This document shows positions 11,023 through 20,083 of a DNA stretch of 32,000 nt, piece by piece (positions within the stretch are counted from its first letter, which is position 1; each line of letters starts with the position of its first letter). Both the position numbers and the translations under genes were made by a program. Location of the stretch: contig NZ_CP011035.1 in NCBI RefSeq assembly GCF_001465295.1, forward strand, positions 150,001 to 182,000, given 5' to 3'. This stretch comes from Pseudoalteromonas translucida KMM 520 (lineage in GTDB: Bacteria > Pseudomonadota > Gammaproteobacteria > Enterobacterales > Alteromonadaceae). A model generated the notes under the pieces. It was not told the origin of the DNA. It saw only the letters and a program-made list of their open reading frames with translations, and made no database searches.

Positions 11023-12749
11023 AATAGGTATGAGTCTGGATCCACTAGTAAAAGATTGTGCCCTGGTGTTAGTGCTATATCAGGACTTAATTTATTCCAT
11101 CGCATTAATTCATCAATTAATACCTGCCGCTGGGTAGCTATTTCAAAAAGGGTATCACCAGCTTTAATTTCATAATAAATATTAGGATCGTTAAGGTAAA
11201 TTTTACTGCCATTCATTACCCGATCTGACTCTTTTAATCCATTCCATAGTAGGAGCTTTTGTAGTTTAACATTGTATCGTACCGAAATGCTAAATAGGTT
11301 TTCACCAAACTCTATAATATGAAACGGTACTGTAAGCGGCGCAACCTTAGGATTGAGCATAGGTAGCTTATTGTCGTTACTTGTTGGCGCATTTCTCAGC
11401 TCTATGGTGTCAAGTTCGTTGCTGTTATTGCTAGCAAATACATCTGCGTTTTTAGTGGGCTTATAAAAAACCACCTGACCATTACTACTAGGTTGAGCAC
11501 TCGTTTGGCTGGAAGTAGTGTTTGTTGTATTTGCTTTATTAGCGCTGTTATCAGCAGGTTGAGGAGCGCCAAAAGAAATTATTTTAACGTTATTATTAGC
11601 TGCAACCTGTGCTGCAGGCAAGTTGCTTGGAGGTGTCTCAGGCTGCGCGCTTAAAGGGCTAACAATAGCTTGTTTTGTTGAGTTTGTTATTGGTTTTGCG
11701 TTAAGCGCAGCGTTCGCCTGGCTTGTCGATGCGACAGTTTTGCTCGACGGCTGAGCTAGTTTAACTTCGGCTATTACTGCCGCTGGGTCTGTTACTGTGG
11801 CAACGGGCGTTTTATTAGCACTAATTAAGCTTGTTGAGTCATTTTGTGATGGACGCTTTTTACGAATTATTTTTATTTTAGGCTGTGAGCTTAATTGCGC
11901 TTCGCTACCATCTTGCTTTAATTCATTAAGCTGCGCTTGACGGTATTTTTCGCGCAATACTTCAAATTCGGTTTGTTTTATCTGGCTATCTCTAATCGCA
12001 AAAGCCTGATCACTACTTGGGTAAGTTTGTAGGATAGTTGCGGCAATTTTCTCTGCCTCTTCAATTTTACCCATGCGCTGTTTAATTAAATAATTAAGTA
12101 ATAAAGCACGCGCTGATATTTGCGCGGTATCGTCGTAACGCTTTAACAATGCACTTGCTTTGTATAAATCGCTTTTAGCGTAATATAAAGCCGCTAAGCT
12201 AATCAGCGTTGAAGCGCGCTGAGAACTGTGATTTATTGCTTGCTGAAAATAAGTTTCGGCGTTTTCAAAATCGTCAAATTCTATGGCGCACAAAGCTAGG
12301 TTTTCGTAGCTTTGGGCAACACGAATATAGCTAGGTATTGCGATTGCTTTTAAAAACTGATCAGTAGCACGGTCGTATTCATTTATGCCACATAAAAATA
12401 CCCCATAGTTATTTAAGGTATTAGGATCGTTAGGTTTAATAGCAAGTGCTTTTTGATAGGCTAAATCGGCAAGTTTTTTTTCACCAACTTGTTGATAGTA
12501 ATAAGCCAAAGAGTAGTGGACTTCGGGTAGGTTTGGCGCATATTCGCTGGCACGTTCAAGGTTATATTTTGCTTGAGAGTTATTACCCGTATTTAAATAT
12601 TGTAAAGCAAGGGCAATGCGAGTTCGAGCTGCGCCTGCGCTATTAATTTTATTTTCGACAACGGGTTTATCACTGCCGTTATAACTATTTTCTGTAACGC
12701 AACCGCCTAAGGCGAGCGTAGATATAGTTAAAACTAGTAAAGGTCGCAT
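11019..12749 (-). CDS. PilF/PilW-like TPR lipoprotein (type IV pilus biogenesis/stability) fused to two C-terminal LysM domains
   Basis: Lipobox LALGGCVT. N-terminal TPR repeats resemble PilF/PilW. A low-complexity Ser/Ala/Asn/Pro/Thr/Gln linker of about 200 aa follows. Two LysM-like units follow: HIIEFGENLFSISVRYNVKLQKLLLWNGL and YEIKAGDTLFEIATQRQVLIDELMRWNKL. Confidence 0.7.
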   Translation of the reverse strand: MRPLLVLTISTLALGGCVTENSYNGSDKPVVENKINSAGAARTRIALALQYLNTGNNSQAKYNLERASEYAPNLPEVHYSLAYYYQQVGEKKLADLAYQKALAIKPNDPNTLNNYGVFLCGINEYDRATDQFLKAIAIPSYIRVAQSYENLALCAIEFDDFENAETYFQQAINHSSQRASTLISLAALYYAKSDLYKASALLKRYDDTAQISARALLLNYLIKQRMGKIEEAEKIAATILQTYPSSDQAFAIRDSQIKQTEFEVLREKYRQAQLNELKQDGSEAQLSSQPKIKIIRKKRPSQNDSTSLISANKTPVATVTDPAAVIAEVKLAQPSSKTVASTSQANAALNAKPITNSTKQAIVSPLSAQPETPPSNLPAAQVAANNNVKIISFGAPQPADNSANKANTTNTTSSQTSAQPSSNGQVVFYKPTKNADVFASNNSNELDTIELRNAPTSNDNKLPMLNPKVAPLTVPFHIIEFGENLFSISVRYNVKLQKLLLWNGLKESDRVMNGSKIYLNDPNIYYEIKAGDTLFEIATQRQVLIDELMRWNKLSPDIALTPGHNLLLVDPDSYLL

Positions 12750-12839
12750 TACCTTGTCTCTTTATTTTTTGTCCATAGCGCCTATCTTACCTAAAAGCAT
12801 CTATGTTGCATCAATTATTTAAAAATAAACGACTTAAAA

Positions 12840-12880
12840 GCAATCAGTCTTGATGTGGAGTATTAATTAAGACTGATTGC
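12840..12880 (-). terminator. hairpin downstream of rlmN (gcaatcagtctt-N17-aagactgattgc)
   Basis: Perfect 12-bp inverted repeat. On the minus strand it is followed by TTTTAAG. It lies 16 nt after the rlmN stop. Confidence 0.45.
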
Positions 12881-12895
12881 TATTTAGAGATGAGG

Positions 12896-14026
12896 TTATG
12901 CTTGGTGAATATTAACGGCAATCGCGTTATCGTCACGCATTTTCTTTTTAGCCATGCGTTTTGTTCTATCAACGACATCGCCAGCTAATTGACCACAGGC
13001 TGCATCAATATCATCACCGCGAGGGCGACGTACAATACAAGTAATGCCGGCTGCTTGTAAAACCTTAGAAAAACGGTCAATACGACTATTACTCGAACGC
13101 GTGTATTCGTTACCCGGAAATGGGTTAAACGGAATAAGATTTACCTTACAAGGAGTACCTTTAAGCGTTTGTACCAATGCGTGCGCTTGGTCGGTGCTGT
13201 CGTTAATACCATTGAGCATAACGTATTCAACGGTTACGTCTTTATTGGCTTTCGAACCATCGATATAACGACGACACGCCGCTAAAAACTCTTCAATAGG
13301 GTATTTTTTATTAACGGGCACTAAAATATCGCGCAGTGCGTTATCGGGAGCATGCAATGAAATAGCCAGTGCTACGTCAATTTTTTCTTTTAGTAAATCC
13401 AGAGCCGGTACCACGCCAGAAGTACTTAATGTAACGCGGCGCTTAGATAAACCAAAGCCCCAATCGTCCAACATTAGTTCCATTGCTGGGACCACGTTTT
13501 TAACGTTAAGAAGCGGCTCACCCATGCCCATCATAACTACGTTCGTTACCGGGCGTTTTCCGCTATGCCCATCAAGGCCAATATCTTTAGCTACACGCCA
13601 AACCTGGCCAATAATTTCAGATACTTTTAAGTTACGGTTAAAGCCTTGTTGCGCTGTAGAGCAAAAAGTACATTCAAGCGCACAACCAACTTGCGATGAT
13701 ACACATAACGTAGCGCGTTCTTTTTCAGGGATCCAAACAGCTTCTACTTCTTGGCCGCCTTCAAGCACTAATGCGTATTTGATAGTGCCATCTTTAGCTT
13801 GTTGACGCACTGATATTTCTGGGGCAACAATTTCGCATTCAGCTTTAAGTTTTTCTTTAAGCTTTTTGTTTACGTTGCTCATATCGTCGAAGTTGTCTAC
13901 GCCAAAATGATAAATCCATTTCATCACCTGGTCACTACGAAACGGCTTTTCACCGAACGATGCAAATAGCTCGCGCATCCCTTCTCGGTTTAAATCTAAT
14001 AAGTTAATCTTTTTTTGTTCGGTCAT
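12896..14026 (-). CDS. rlmN: 23S rRNA/tRNA adenine-C2 methyltransferase RlmN (radical SAM)
   Basis: CxxxCxxC motif ([11 protein letters not shown]), MGMGEPL, and C-terminal DIDAACGQL. 376 aa, adjacent to ndk. Confidence 0.95.
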   Translation of the reverse strand: MTEQKKINLLDLNREGMRELFASFGEKPFRSDQVMKWIYHFGVDNFDDMSNVNKKLKEKLKAECEIVAPEISVRQQAKDGTIKYALVLEGGQEVEAVWIPEKERATLCVSSQVGCALECTFCSTAQQGFNRNLKVSEIIGQVWRVAKDIGLDGHSGKRPVTNVVMMGMGEPLLNVKNVVPAMELMLDDWGFGLSKRRVTLSTSGVVPALDLLKEKIDVALAISLHAPDNALRDILVPVNKKYPIEEFLAACRRYIDGSKANKDVTVEYVMLNGINDSTDQAHALVQTLKGTPCKVNLIPFNPFPGNEYTRSSNSRIDRFSKVLQAAGITCIVRRPRGDDIDAACGQLAGDVVDRTKRMAKKKMRDDNAIAVNIHQA

Positions 14027-14150
14027 GAAACAACCTCAATCGGTGACGGTGGAGATAAAAATTTACGAGGACGAATTGTACACAATTCACTCAGCTTAAT
14101 CATTAAGTAAAACATTATAAGTTTACTGATTAATACCTTACATAATGACT

Positions 14151-14174
14151 AAAAAAGGGCCCGAAAGCCCTTTT
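14151..14174 (-). terminator. rho-independent terminator of ndk (aaaagggc-ccgaaa-gccctttt)
   Basis: GC stem flanked by an A-run on the plus strand, which is a U-tract on the minus strand. It lies 22 nt after the ndk stop. Confidence 0.6.
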
Positions 14175-14195
14175 CAATATGTTAACGAGTTCGAA

Positions 14196-14627
14196 TTAAC
14201 GAGTACGTGAACAAAGCTCTTCGTCAGCGAAGAAATACGCGATTTCGCGAGCAGCAGATTCAACAGCGTCAGAGCCGTGAACAGCGTTTTCGTCGATGCT
14301 GTCAGCGTAGTCTGCACGTAAAGTGCCTGCTAGCGCGTCTGCAGGGTTAGTAGCACCCATGATTTCACGATTTTTAAGAACAGCGTTTTCGCCTTCAAGA
14401 ACGGTAACCATTACTGGGCCAGATGTCATGAAAGATACTAAAGCACCGAAGAAAGGACGTTCGCTGTGTTCAGCGTAGAAGCCTTCAGCTTTCTCTTGTG
14501 AAAGGTGAACCATTTTAGCTGCAACGATTTTAAGGCCAGCAGTTTCGAAACGGTTGTAGATAGCGCCGATGTGGTTTTTAGCAACTGCATCAGGTTTTAC
14601 GATTGAGAAAGTACGTTCTAAAGCCAT
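14196..14627 (-). CDS. ndk: nucleoside-diphosphate kinase
   Basis: [15 protein letters not shown]..., the NAVHGSD active-site His motif, 143 aa. Confidence 0.97.
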   Translation of the reverse strand: MALERTFSIVKPDAVAKNHIGAIYNRFETAGLKIVAAKMVHLSQEKAEGFYAEHSERPFFGALVSFMTSGPVMVTVLEGENAVLKNREIMGATNPADALAGTLRADYADSIDENAVHGSDAVESAAREIAYFFADEELCSRTR

Positions 14628-14770
14628 CTTAATGCTCCAATAATTTTAAGTGAAAGTGTGAATATTAACGGGCGCGAATTATACGCGTTTTAACGTAAAA
14701 ATACTAATTATTATTAATAACCATCTTTGAATATATTTAGCAGGCTTTATTTATATTTTGTTTTGTGCGC

Positions 14771-16393
14771 TTACTGCGATTTTAATTTTGTTAAAATATA
14801 CTCAATTGCACTAGGGTTTTGAAAGGAGTTATGGCTCGATTTAACTATAATAGTCTCTTTAGCTTTGTCGTAATAAGCGCTAGGGTAGTCGACCACACTG
14901 TCGCTGATATTACTGCAATCATCGCTTGAATCGCAGATTAGACGATTAGTAGAGCCAATAATATTATACGCTTCTCCTTGCACGGGTAATGTGCCCAACG
15001 CATCCATTAAAGGGTGCCCTGGTCTGAGTACTTGTACGCTATTTGGACCATAATCTTTTAAAAAAGGCAGCATACCTTTAGTTAGTTTAGCTATGCCAAC
15101 CTTGTCGATAAGTGCTTTAAAAAGGCCAGTAAATTCCAGTGGCAAAGTAACCAAGGATGCCCCTATGTAGCCTAATGCTGAGCTGGCAATACTGGAGCCG
15201 CGATGTGGAGTATCTAAAAAGAATACACGGTTGTAGTTAAACACCGGCTCAAACACAAAAATATCTTTAATATCGCGTTGTTTTTCATTGAGTAGCAGTT
15301 CGGGTCTGTCAGTAAAAGTGGCGTCCCACAATGCGTAGTTGCTATTTGTTGTTAATGTTTTACTGATCACTCCGCCCATACTGTGGCCAATTATTGTTGC
15401 GCGCTCAAAGCCTTGTTTCCCGCTAGCAACTTGGCTCAGCTCACTAAGTAAATGGCGCACTCTCATGGCATTATAAAACGGTGGTGGGCCAGAGGGATAA
15501 TACACATGCCAAATTTGATAACGTTGGCTTAATACTGCATCATTTAATATGGCCATGGTTAAGTAACGCCAAATCAGTGGATCAGAATTTAAACCGTGGA
15601 TCATTACTAATGGTTCTTTGTCAGCAGTTAATTGGGCAAGTGAAAATATACCACGACGCTTTTCGGCTTCGCTGGCAGAGACAAAACCTAGCCAACTAAA
15701 TTGGTCTATGGTGGCATTTTCTAGCAGCATTAAAAAACTTGCTGCGGGTGAAAAACTTAATGCGTAGCGATTATTTCCTAAGCTAATTTCTTTGGTGTTG
15801 TTTTGTTGTTCAATATCTATGGTAACTAGGTAGGTTAAACCCTGTGTTTCAATTGTTTTTAACTTGGCATTATAGGCGCGGTAAATACCTTCTTCAGGAT
15901 AAAACTTGGCTTTTTGGTTGTCGGGCTGCTGCTTTTTTACTACTAAAGCAACACCCAACTCACCCAGTGTTTTAGCCGCAAGGCGTGGCTCTAAAGGTAA
16001 TAGGTTACTTACAAAGGTAAACTGTTTTTCACCGTTTATTGCAATTGAAACAAGATTTGACTGTGCGGGATCGCTTTTTAGTAGTTTATAAATAGAGCTG
16101 TTGTAGAGGCTCAGTGCATACGTTTTTAAATGAGGGGGTAATTGCGGCCTAGCCAACAGAGTTTGCGCGCATTGTAGGCTCAATACTAGGCCAATATCAG
16201 TATCATCACTCACGCTCAGACAATGGCTGTGTAACGCGCCTAGCGATAAGGGCGCTAAATTAGGTAAAACAGCATAGCCTAACGCGTTGCTAATTTGTGG
16301 CTGTTGTTCTTTAAATTGCAAAAAACGCCCAGATGAACAGCCATTGAGCATAATAAAAATTGCAGTAATAAAGAATAGTCGAACCATAATCAC
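14771..16393 (-). CDS. alpha/beta-hydrolase lipoprotein (lipase/esterase-like, GHSMGG nucleophile elbow)
   Basis: Lipobox LNGCSS. MIHGLNSD is an oxyanion-type HG motif and IIGHSMGG is a G-x-S-x-G motif. The N-terminal ~250 aa has no domain I recognise. Confidence 0.6.
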   Translation of the reverse strand: MIMVRLFFITAIFIMLNGCSSGRFLQFKEQQPQISNALGYAVLPNLAPLSLGALHSHCLSVSDDTDIGLVLSLQCAQTLLARPQLPPHLKTYALSLYNSSIYKLLKSDPAQSNLVSIAINGEKQFTFVSNLLPLEPRLAAKTLGELGVALVVKKQQPDNQKAKFYPEEGIYRAYNAKLKTIETQGLTYLVTIDIEQQNNTKEISLGNNRYALSFSPAASFLMLLENATIDQFSWLGFVSASEAEKRRGIFSLAQLTADKEPLVMIHGLNSDPLIWRYLTMAILNDAVLSQRYQIWHVYYPSGPPPFYNAMRVRHLLSELSQVASGKQGFERATIIGHSMGGVISKTLTTNSNYALWDATFTDRPELLLNEKQRDIKDIFVFEPVFNYNRVFFLDTPHRGSSIASSALGYIGASLVTLPLEFTGLFKALIDKVGIAKLTKGMLPFLKDYGPNSVQVLRPGHPLMDALGTLPVQGEAYNIIGSTNRLICDSSDDCSNISDSVVDYPSAYYDKAKETIIVKSSHNSFQNPSAIEYILTKLKSQ

Positions 16394-16660
16394 AGTGCTA
16401 AAAAATTATAAAAACAATATTAAAATCTACACCTTAGTCGTTATTTTCTCAAGTGTTAAACGTCTATTAACACATTAACTTGCCTGTTAGCATTTATAAT
16501 AAACATGATTTCTTCATGGCTAGTTACTGCTTTTAACGCTAAATGCTTAGTACATGATGCTGATCAATTATCCTTAAATTAATACTCTATATACTGCCGC
16601 GCTTTGCTATTTAATTATTCATGCAACTGGCTTGTAACCAGTTTTATGTATGGAGCGCTC

Positions 16661-18067
16661 ATGCTATCAACTACTGCTAACTCTTCAAAAAACACGCCGC
16701 CGTTTGCGTTTACCCCTGAACTATTATCGCCCGCGGGCAGCTTAAAAAACATGCGCTATGCCTTTGCCTATGGCGCCGATGCAGTATATGCAGGGCAGCC
16801 ACGCTATAGCTTAAGAGTGCGTAATAATGAGTTTGATCTTGAAACATTAAAAGTAGGCATAGATGAAGCGCATGCACTGAATAAAAAGTTTTATGTGGTA
16901 TCTAATATTGCGCCGCATAACGCTAAAGTTAACTCGTATTTACGCGACATTGAGCCGGTTATTGCTATGCAGCCCGATGCGCTGATCATGTCTGATCCGG
17001 GTTTAATTATGTTAGTGCGTGAAAAATGGCCGACTATGCCTATTCATCTATCGGTACAAGCGAATGCGGTAAATTACGCGAGTGTACAATTTTGGGCAAA
17101 ACAGGGGATTGAGCGAGTTATTTTATCGCGCGAACTGTCGCTAGAAGAGATTGCCGAAATACGCAGGCTTTGCCCAAATACCGAGCTGGAAATATTTGTC
17201 CATGGTGCCTTGTGTATGGCGTATTCTGGACGCTGTTTATTGTCGGGTTACATAAACAAACGCGATCCAAATCAAGGTACATGCACTAATGCTTGTCGTT
17301 GGGATTACGATGTAAAACCGGGCGTTGAAAACGAAACGGGCGAAATGGTACATAAGTTCGATCCTAAAAGTATCATACCTACGCTTGGTGAAGGCGCACC
17401 TAGCAGCGAAATAGTCATGTTAGAGGAGCAAGGTCGACCCGGTGAATATATGCCAGCTTATGAAGATGAGCATGGTACTTATATTATGAACTCAAAAGAT
17501 TTACGAGCAGTACAATATGTAGAGCAGCTTACCCAAATGGGCATACATAGCTTAAAAATAGAAGGGCGCACTAAGTCTTTTTATTATGTAGCACGCACCG
17601 CGCAGGTTTATCGCAAAGCAATTGATGACGCAGTAGCGGGTCGCCCGTTTGATACCAACTTATTTAAAACCTTAGAAAACTTAGCCCACAGAGGCTACAC
17701 CGAAGGCTTTTTAAAGCGCCATGCGCACCAAGACTATCAAAATTATGAATACGGCCATTCGGTATCAACTAAACAACAGTTTGTTGGCGAAGTGCTGGGT
17801 AGAGATGCTAACGGCTTAGTTGATATTGATGTAAAAAATAAGTTTTGTGTTGGCCATTCATTAGAGTTAATGACCCCACAAGATAATATTAGTTTTGTAC
17901 TTGAGCAGATGGAAAATAAAAAAGGTGAAAGTATTAGCGATGCTAAAGGTTCAGGCCATATTGTTAAAATAGCGCTGCCTCAAACGCTTGATTTAGCATA
18001 CGCTATTTTAATGCGTAATCTTGATGAGCATCAAGATACTCGTAATCCGTTTAAGCAAGCCGTTTAG
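16661..18067 (+). CDS. peptidase U32 family protein, YegQ/TrhP-like (tRNA 5-hydroxyuridine formation in E. coli)
   Basis: PELLSPAGSLKNMRYAFAYGADAVYAGQPRYSLRVRNNEF closely resembles the E. coli YegQ N-terminus. I prefer ATG 16661, which has GGAG at 16652-16655, over the TTG at 16604 used in the ORF track. Confidence 0.85.
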   Translation: MLSTTANSSKNTPPFAFTPELLSPAGSLKNMRYAFAYGADAVYAGQPRYSLRVRNNEFDLETLKVGIDEAHALNKKFYVVSNIAPHNAKVNSYLRDIEPVIAMQPDALIMSDPGLIMLVREKWPTMPIHLSVQANAVNYASVQFWAKQGIERVILSRELSLEEIAEIRRLCPNTELEIFVHGALCMAYSGRCLLSGYINKRDPNQGTCTNACRWDYDVKPGVENETGEMVHKFDPKSIIPTLGEGAPSSEIVMLEEQGRPGEYMPAYEDEHGTYIMNSKDLRAVQYVEQLTQMGIHSLKIEGRTKSFYYVARTAQVYRKAIDDAVAGRPFDTNLFKTLENLAHRGYTEGFLKRHAHQDYQNYEYGHSVSTKQQFVGEVLGRDANGLVDIDVKNKFCVGHSLELMTPQDNISFVLEQMENKKGESISDAKGSGHIVKIALPQTLDLAYAILMRNLDEHQDTRNPFKQAV

Positions 18068-18167
18068 AAATTACAGTTTGAATAAACAACACAAAATTAG
18101 TGCCTATAATAATTGATAAAAGCGGCTTTATTAGCGCTATGGTACTAAGGCTCAGTTATTAAAAAAC

Positions 18168-18205
18168 ATACTTTGCAGCGCTTTAGCTAAAGTGCTGCAA
18201 AGTAT
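18168..18205 (-). terminator. 38-bp near-perfect palindrome overlapping the last codons of the LysR gene
   Basis: atactttgcagcg ctttagctaaag tgctgcaaagtat forms a stem of about 19 bp with one G-T pair. On the minus strand it is followed by gtttttt (18161-18167). Confidence 0.55.
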
Positions 18206-19067
18206 AGTCTATTAGTAACCTCACACGATGAGGGATTTGTTTTCTGTCGCGATAAACCATAGAAAAAGGCTGCCCTTCACTTTGCCAGTCTGGAAGAATA
18301 CGCTCAAGCGTTCCAGACTCTATTAATGGCAATGCAATATAATCAGGTATATAACTAATGCCAACACCCGATTCTACGGCATGTTTCATTATTTGAATTT
18401 CATCAACTTCAAGCCTAATGTGTTTGTTTGGCTCAACGTTATACTCTTTATTAGTCAGCTTGTTTTTTAATTGCCACGGGGCTAATCCTAAGCAAATAAC
18501 TTTAGGTTGTTCTTCTAATTGCTCAGGGTGGGTAATTAAATGAGTGGTTTGGTTAGGGCGGCCACATATTATATTATGAGTGAGCTTCAACTCCCTAATA
18601 ACCCAATTATCAATAGCTGGGTTTCGTACTCTAAAGGCAATATCAATGCCTTTATTTTCGATATCAATTAAGTCATTTGAAAAACGTAAATCTAACTGTA
18701 TTTCTGGATATTGCAGTAAAAAATCACAAAAAATAGCGCTTAAAAAATGCTTGCCCATGTAAATTGGCGCAGAAATTCTAATTTTACCTTTTGGTTGCTG
18801 CTTCTCATCAGATAATGCTTGCTCTATGGCGTCTACTTCCTCAAACAGTTTGCAGTAACGAGCGTAATATAGCTCCCCTGTATGGGTTAATGTAACGCGA
18901 TGAGCGTCTCGATTAAGTAAGGTTAACTGTAGAGTTTGCTCCAATAAACGTATTCTGCGGCTTAAGGTTGATAATGATACATTTAGGCTTTCGGATGCTT
19001 TTTTAAAGCTACCTAATTTCACTATAGTGCAAAAATGACGTAAATCATCAAGAGAGTAATTAGGCAT
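18183..19067 (-). CDS. LysR-family transcriptional regulator
   Basis: N-terminal winged HTH (LRHFCTIVKLGSFKKASESLNVSLSTLSRRIRLLEQTL) and a C-terminal LysR substrate-binding fold. 294 aa. Confidence 0.9.
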   Translation of the reverse strand: MPNYSLDDLRHFCTIVKLGSFKKASESLNVSLSTLSRRIRLLEQTLQLTLLNRDAHRVTLTHTGELYYARYCKLFEEVDAIEQALSDEKQQPKGKIRISAPIYMGKHFLSAIFCDFLLQYPEIQLDLRFSNDLIDIENKGIDIAFRVRNPAIDNWVIRELKLTHNIICGRPNQTTHLITHPEQLEEQPKVICLGLAPWQLKNKLTNKEYNVEPNKHIRLEVDEIQIMKHAVESGVGISYIPDYIALPLIESGTLERILPDWQSEGQPFSMVYRDRKQIPHRVRLLIDYTLQHFS

Positions 19068-19167
19068 TATTAAAACCGCCTATCATATCAAAACTTAATA
19101 TTGTTGAAGTTAGGTTTAATCATAACAGCGGTGTTGTTAAATATCATTAGATGTTAAAAGTAGTGAT

Positions 19168-19194
19168 TTATAAAAGCGTTTTTAACTTTTATAA
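19168..19194. promoter_or_regulatory. candidate LysR-type operator (TTATAAAAG-N9-CTTTTATAA dyad containing T-N11-A)
   Basis: Perfect 9-bp inverted repeat with a 9-bp spacer, about 100 bp upstream of the LysR start codon. The AT-rich context raises the chance of coincidence. Confidence 0.3.
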
Positions 19195-20029
19195 ATACGT
19201 TGCGGCGAGTTTATTTTTTAAGGTTTAATTTGCAGCAGTGGCTTGAGCTTTTAAATAAAGCCGTGCCGAGTATATGTTATTGCCATAAATAGCCTATAGC
19301 GACGCATAAATACCAAACACGGATTGCCTTTCGGTTTCTGCCCAGAAGCTTGAGTAGTTTTTTAGCCCATTAGTTTAACCTATACAAATAAAGGCCTTGC
19401 GGCGATTTATATTGATTAAGATCAACAAAGCAACAGAGAAAAATAGGCATAATTCGCGGCTGTAATTTACACCCAAAAGTAAAACGGTGTGTTACGAATG
19501 TGTGCTACGATTTAATGAAAAACAAAGGTTTTGTATTGAACTGGGCTTGTATTAAAAACAGTCAGAAAACATTTTGTTTAACTCTATCTCTATGTTTAAT
19601 AATGATTTTAATTGAAGGGGCTTATGAGTGGCTTTACTTATAAATAGTAAATGCATTAACTGCGATAGTTATAAGGTTTTCAATTAAAGTCTTTAAAAAC
19701 AGGTTGTTACTTTGTCGTGCTATGGCTTGTGCTACGATTTTACGTAACTCGTTAGCACTTGGTTAGTATCTTAAAAGTAACTTAAAAAGGCAAATTGTAT
19801 TAACTAAAAAATTAAAAGCACAAACTTACTAAACAATTTACGGTGGAGATTAATTAGTTTTTTACCACTTCAGTTATTTAAATTTATTTAAGTCAAGCTG
19901 CCTAGTACTACCTAGTTTAAATTTTAAGAGTTTAACGTTCTCTTTGGAATAGCGATTCAATTTTAGGACTCTAAAAGGTATTTTAATTCAGTATTCGTTA
20001 TACAGGATTGAGTTTATCTATTAAGAATA

Positions 20030-20059
20030 TTGATTGATTAAGAGTGAATTAGGTATAAT
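20030..20059 (+). promoter_or_regulatory. candidate sigma70 promoter of the eight-gene operon (TTGATT-N18-TATAAT)
   Basis: The -35 element ttgatt is at 20030-20035 and the consensus -10 tataat is at 20054-20059. GGGAG SD (20072-20076) and TTG start (20084) lie downstream. Confidence 0.4.
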
Positions 20060-20083
20060 TCTCCTTTTACAGGGAGTAGTAAG

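Noticed and set aside
16604-16660. TTG-initiated 19-codon N-terminal extension of the U32 gene (MLFNYSCNWLVTSFMYGAL).
   Set aside because: It has no SD. The downstream ATG at 16661 has GGAG 5 nt upstream and gives an N-terminus that aligns with YegQ.
2148-18762. The many 60-142-aa ORFs in the track that lie antisense to, or overlap, housekeeping genes. Coordinates: 2148..2342, 3134..3316, 3755..3946, 5139..5321, 7627..7809, 7823..8041, 8101..8307, 8465..8647, 8698..8904, 8711..8980, 9126..9554, 10406..10678, 10972..11175, 12446..12646, 13044..13268, 13524..13805, 15481..15699, 15906..16091, 16287..16478, 18580..18762.
   Set aside because: Each is fully or largely embedded in a longer ORF with clear family identity. 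They have odd Cys/Ser/Arg-rich compositions typical of shadow frames, and none has a convincing SD.
19068-20083. I searched the long intergenic region, and 30281-31334, for a tRNA or tmRNA gene, a tRNA 3'-end fragment, an integrase remnant, or matching direct repeats that would mark att sites of a genomic island.
   Set aside because: I found no cloverleaf-like sequence or GGTTCGAATCC-type motif. The only shared words were 7-8-mers such as tttaggac, which are expected by chance in AT-rich DNA. The island borders therefore remain undefined from this window alone.
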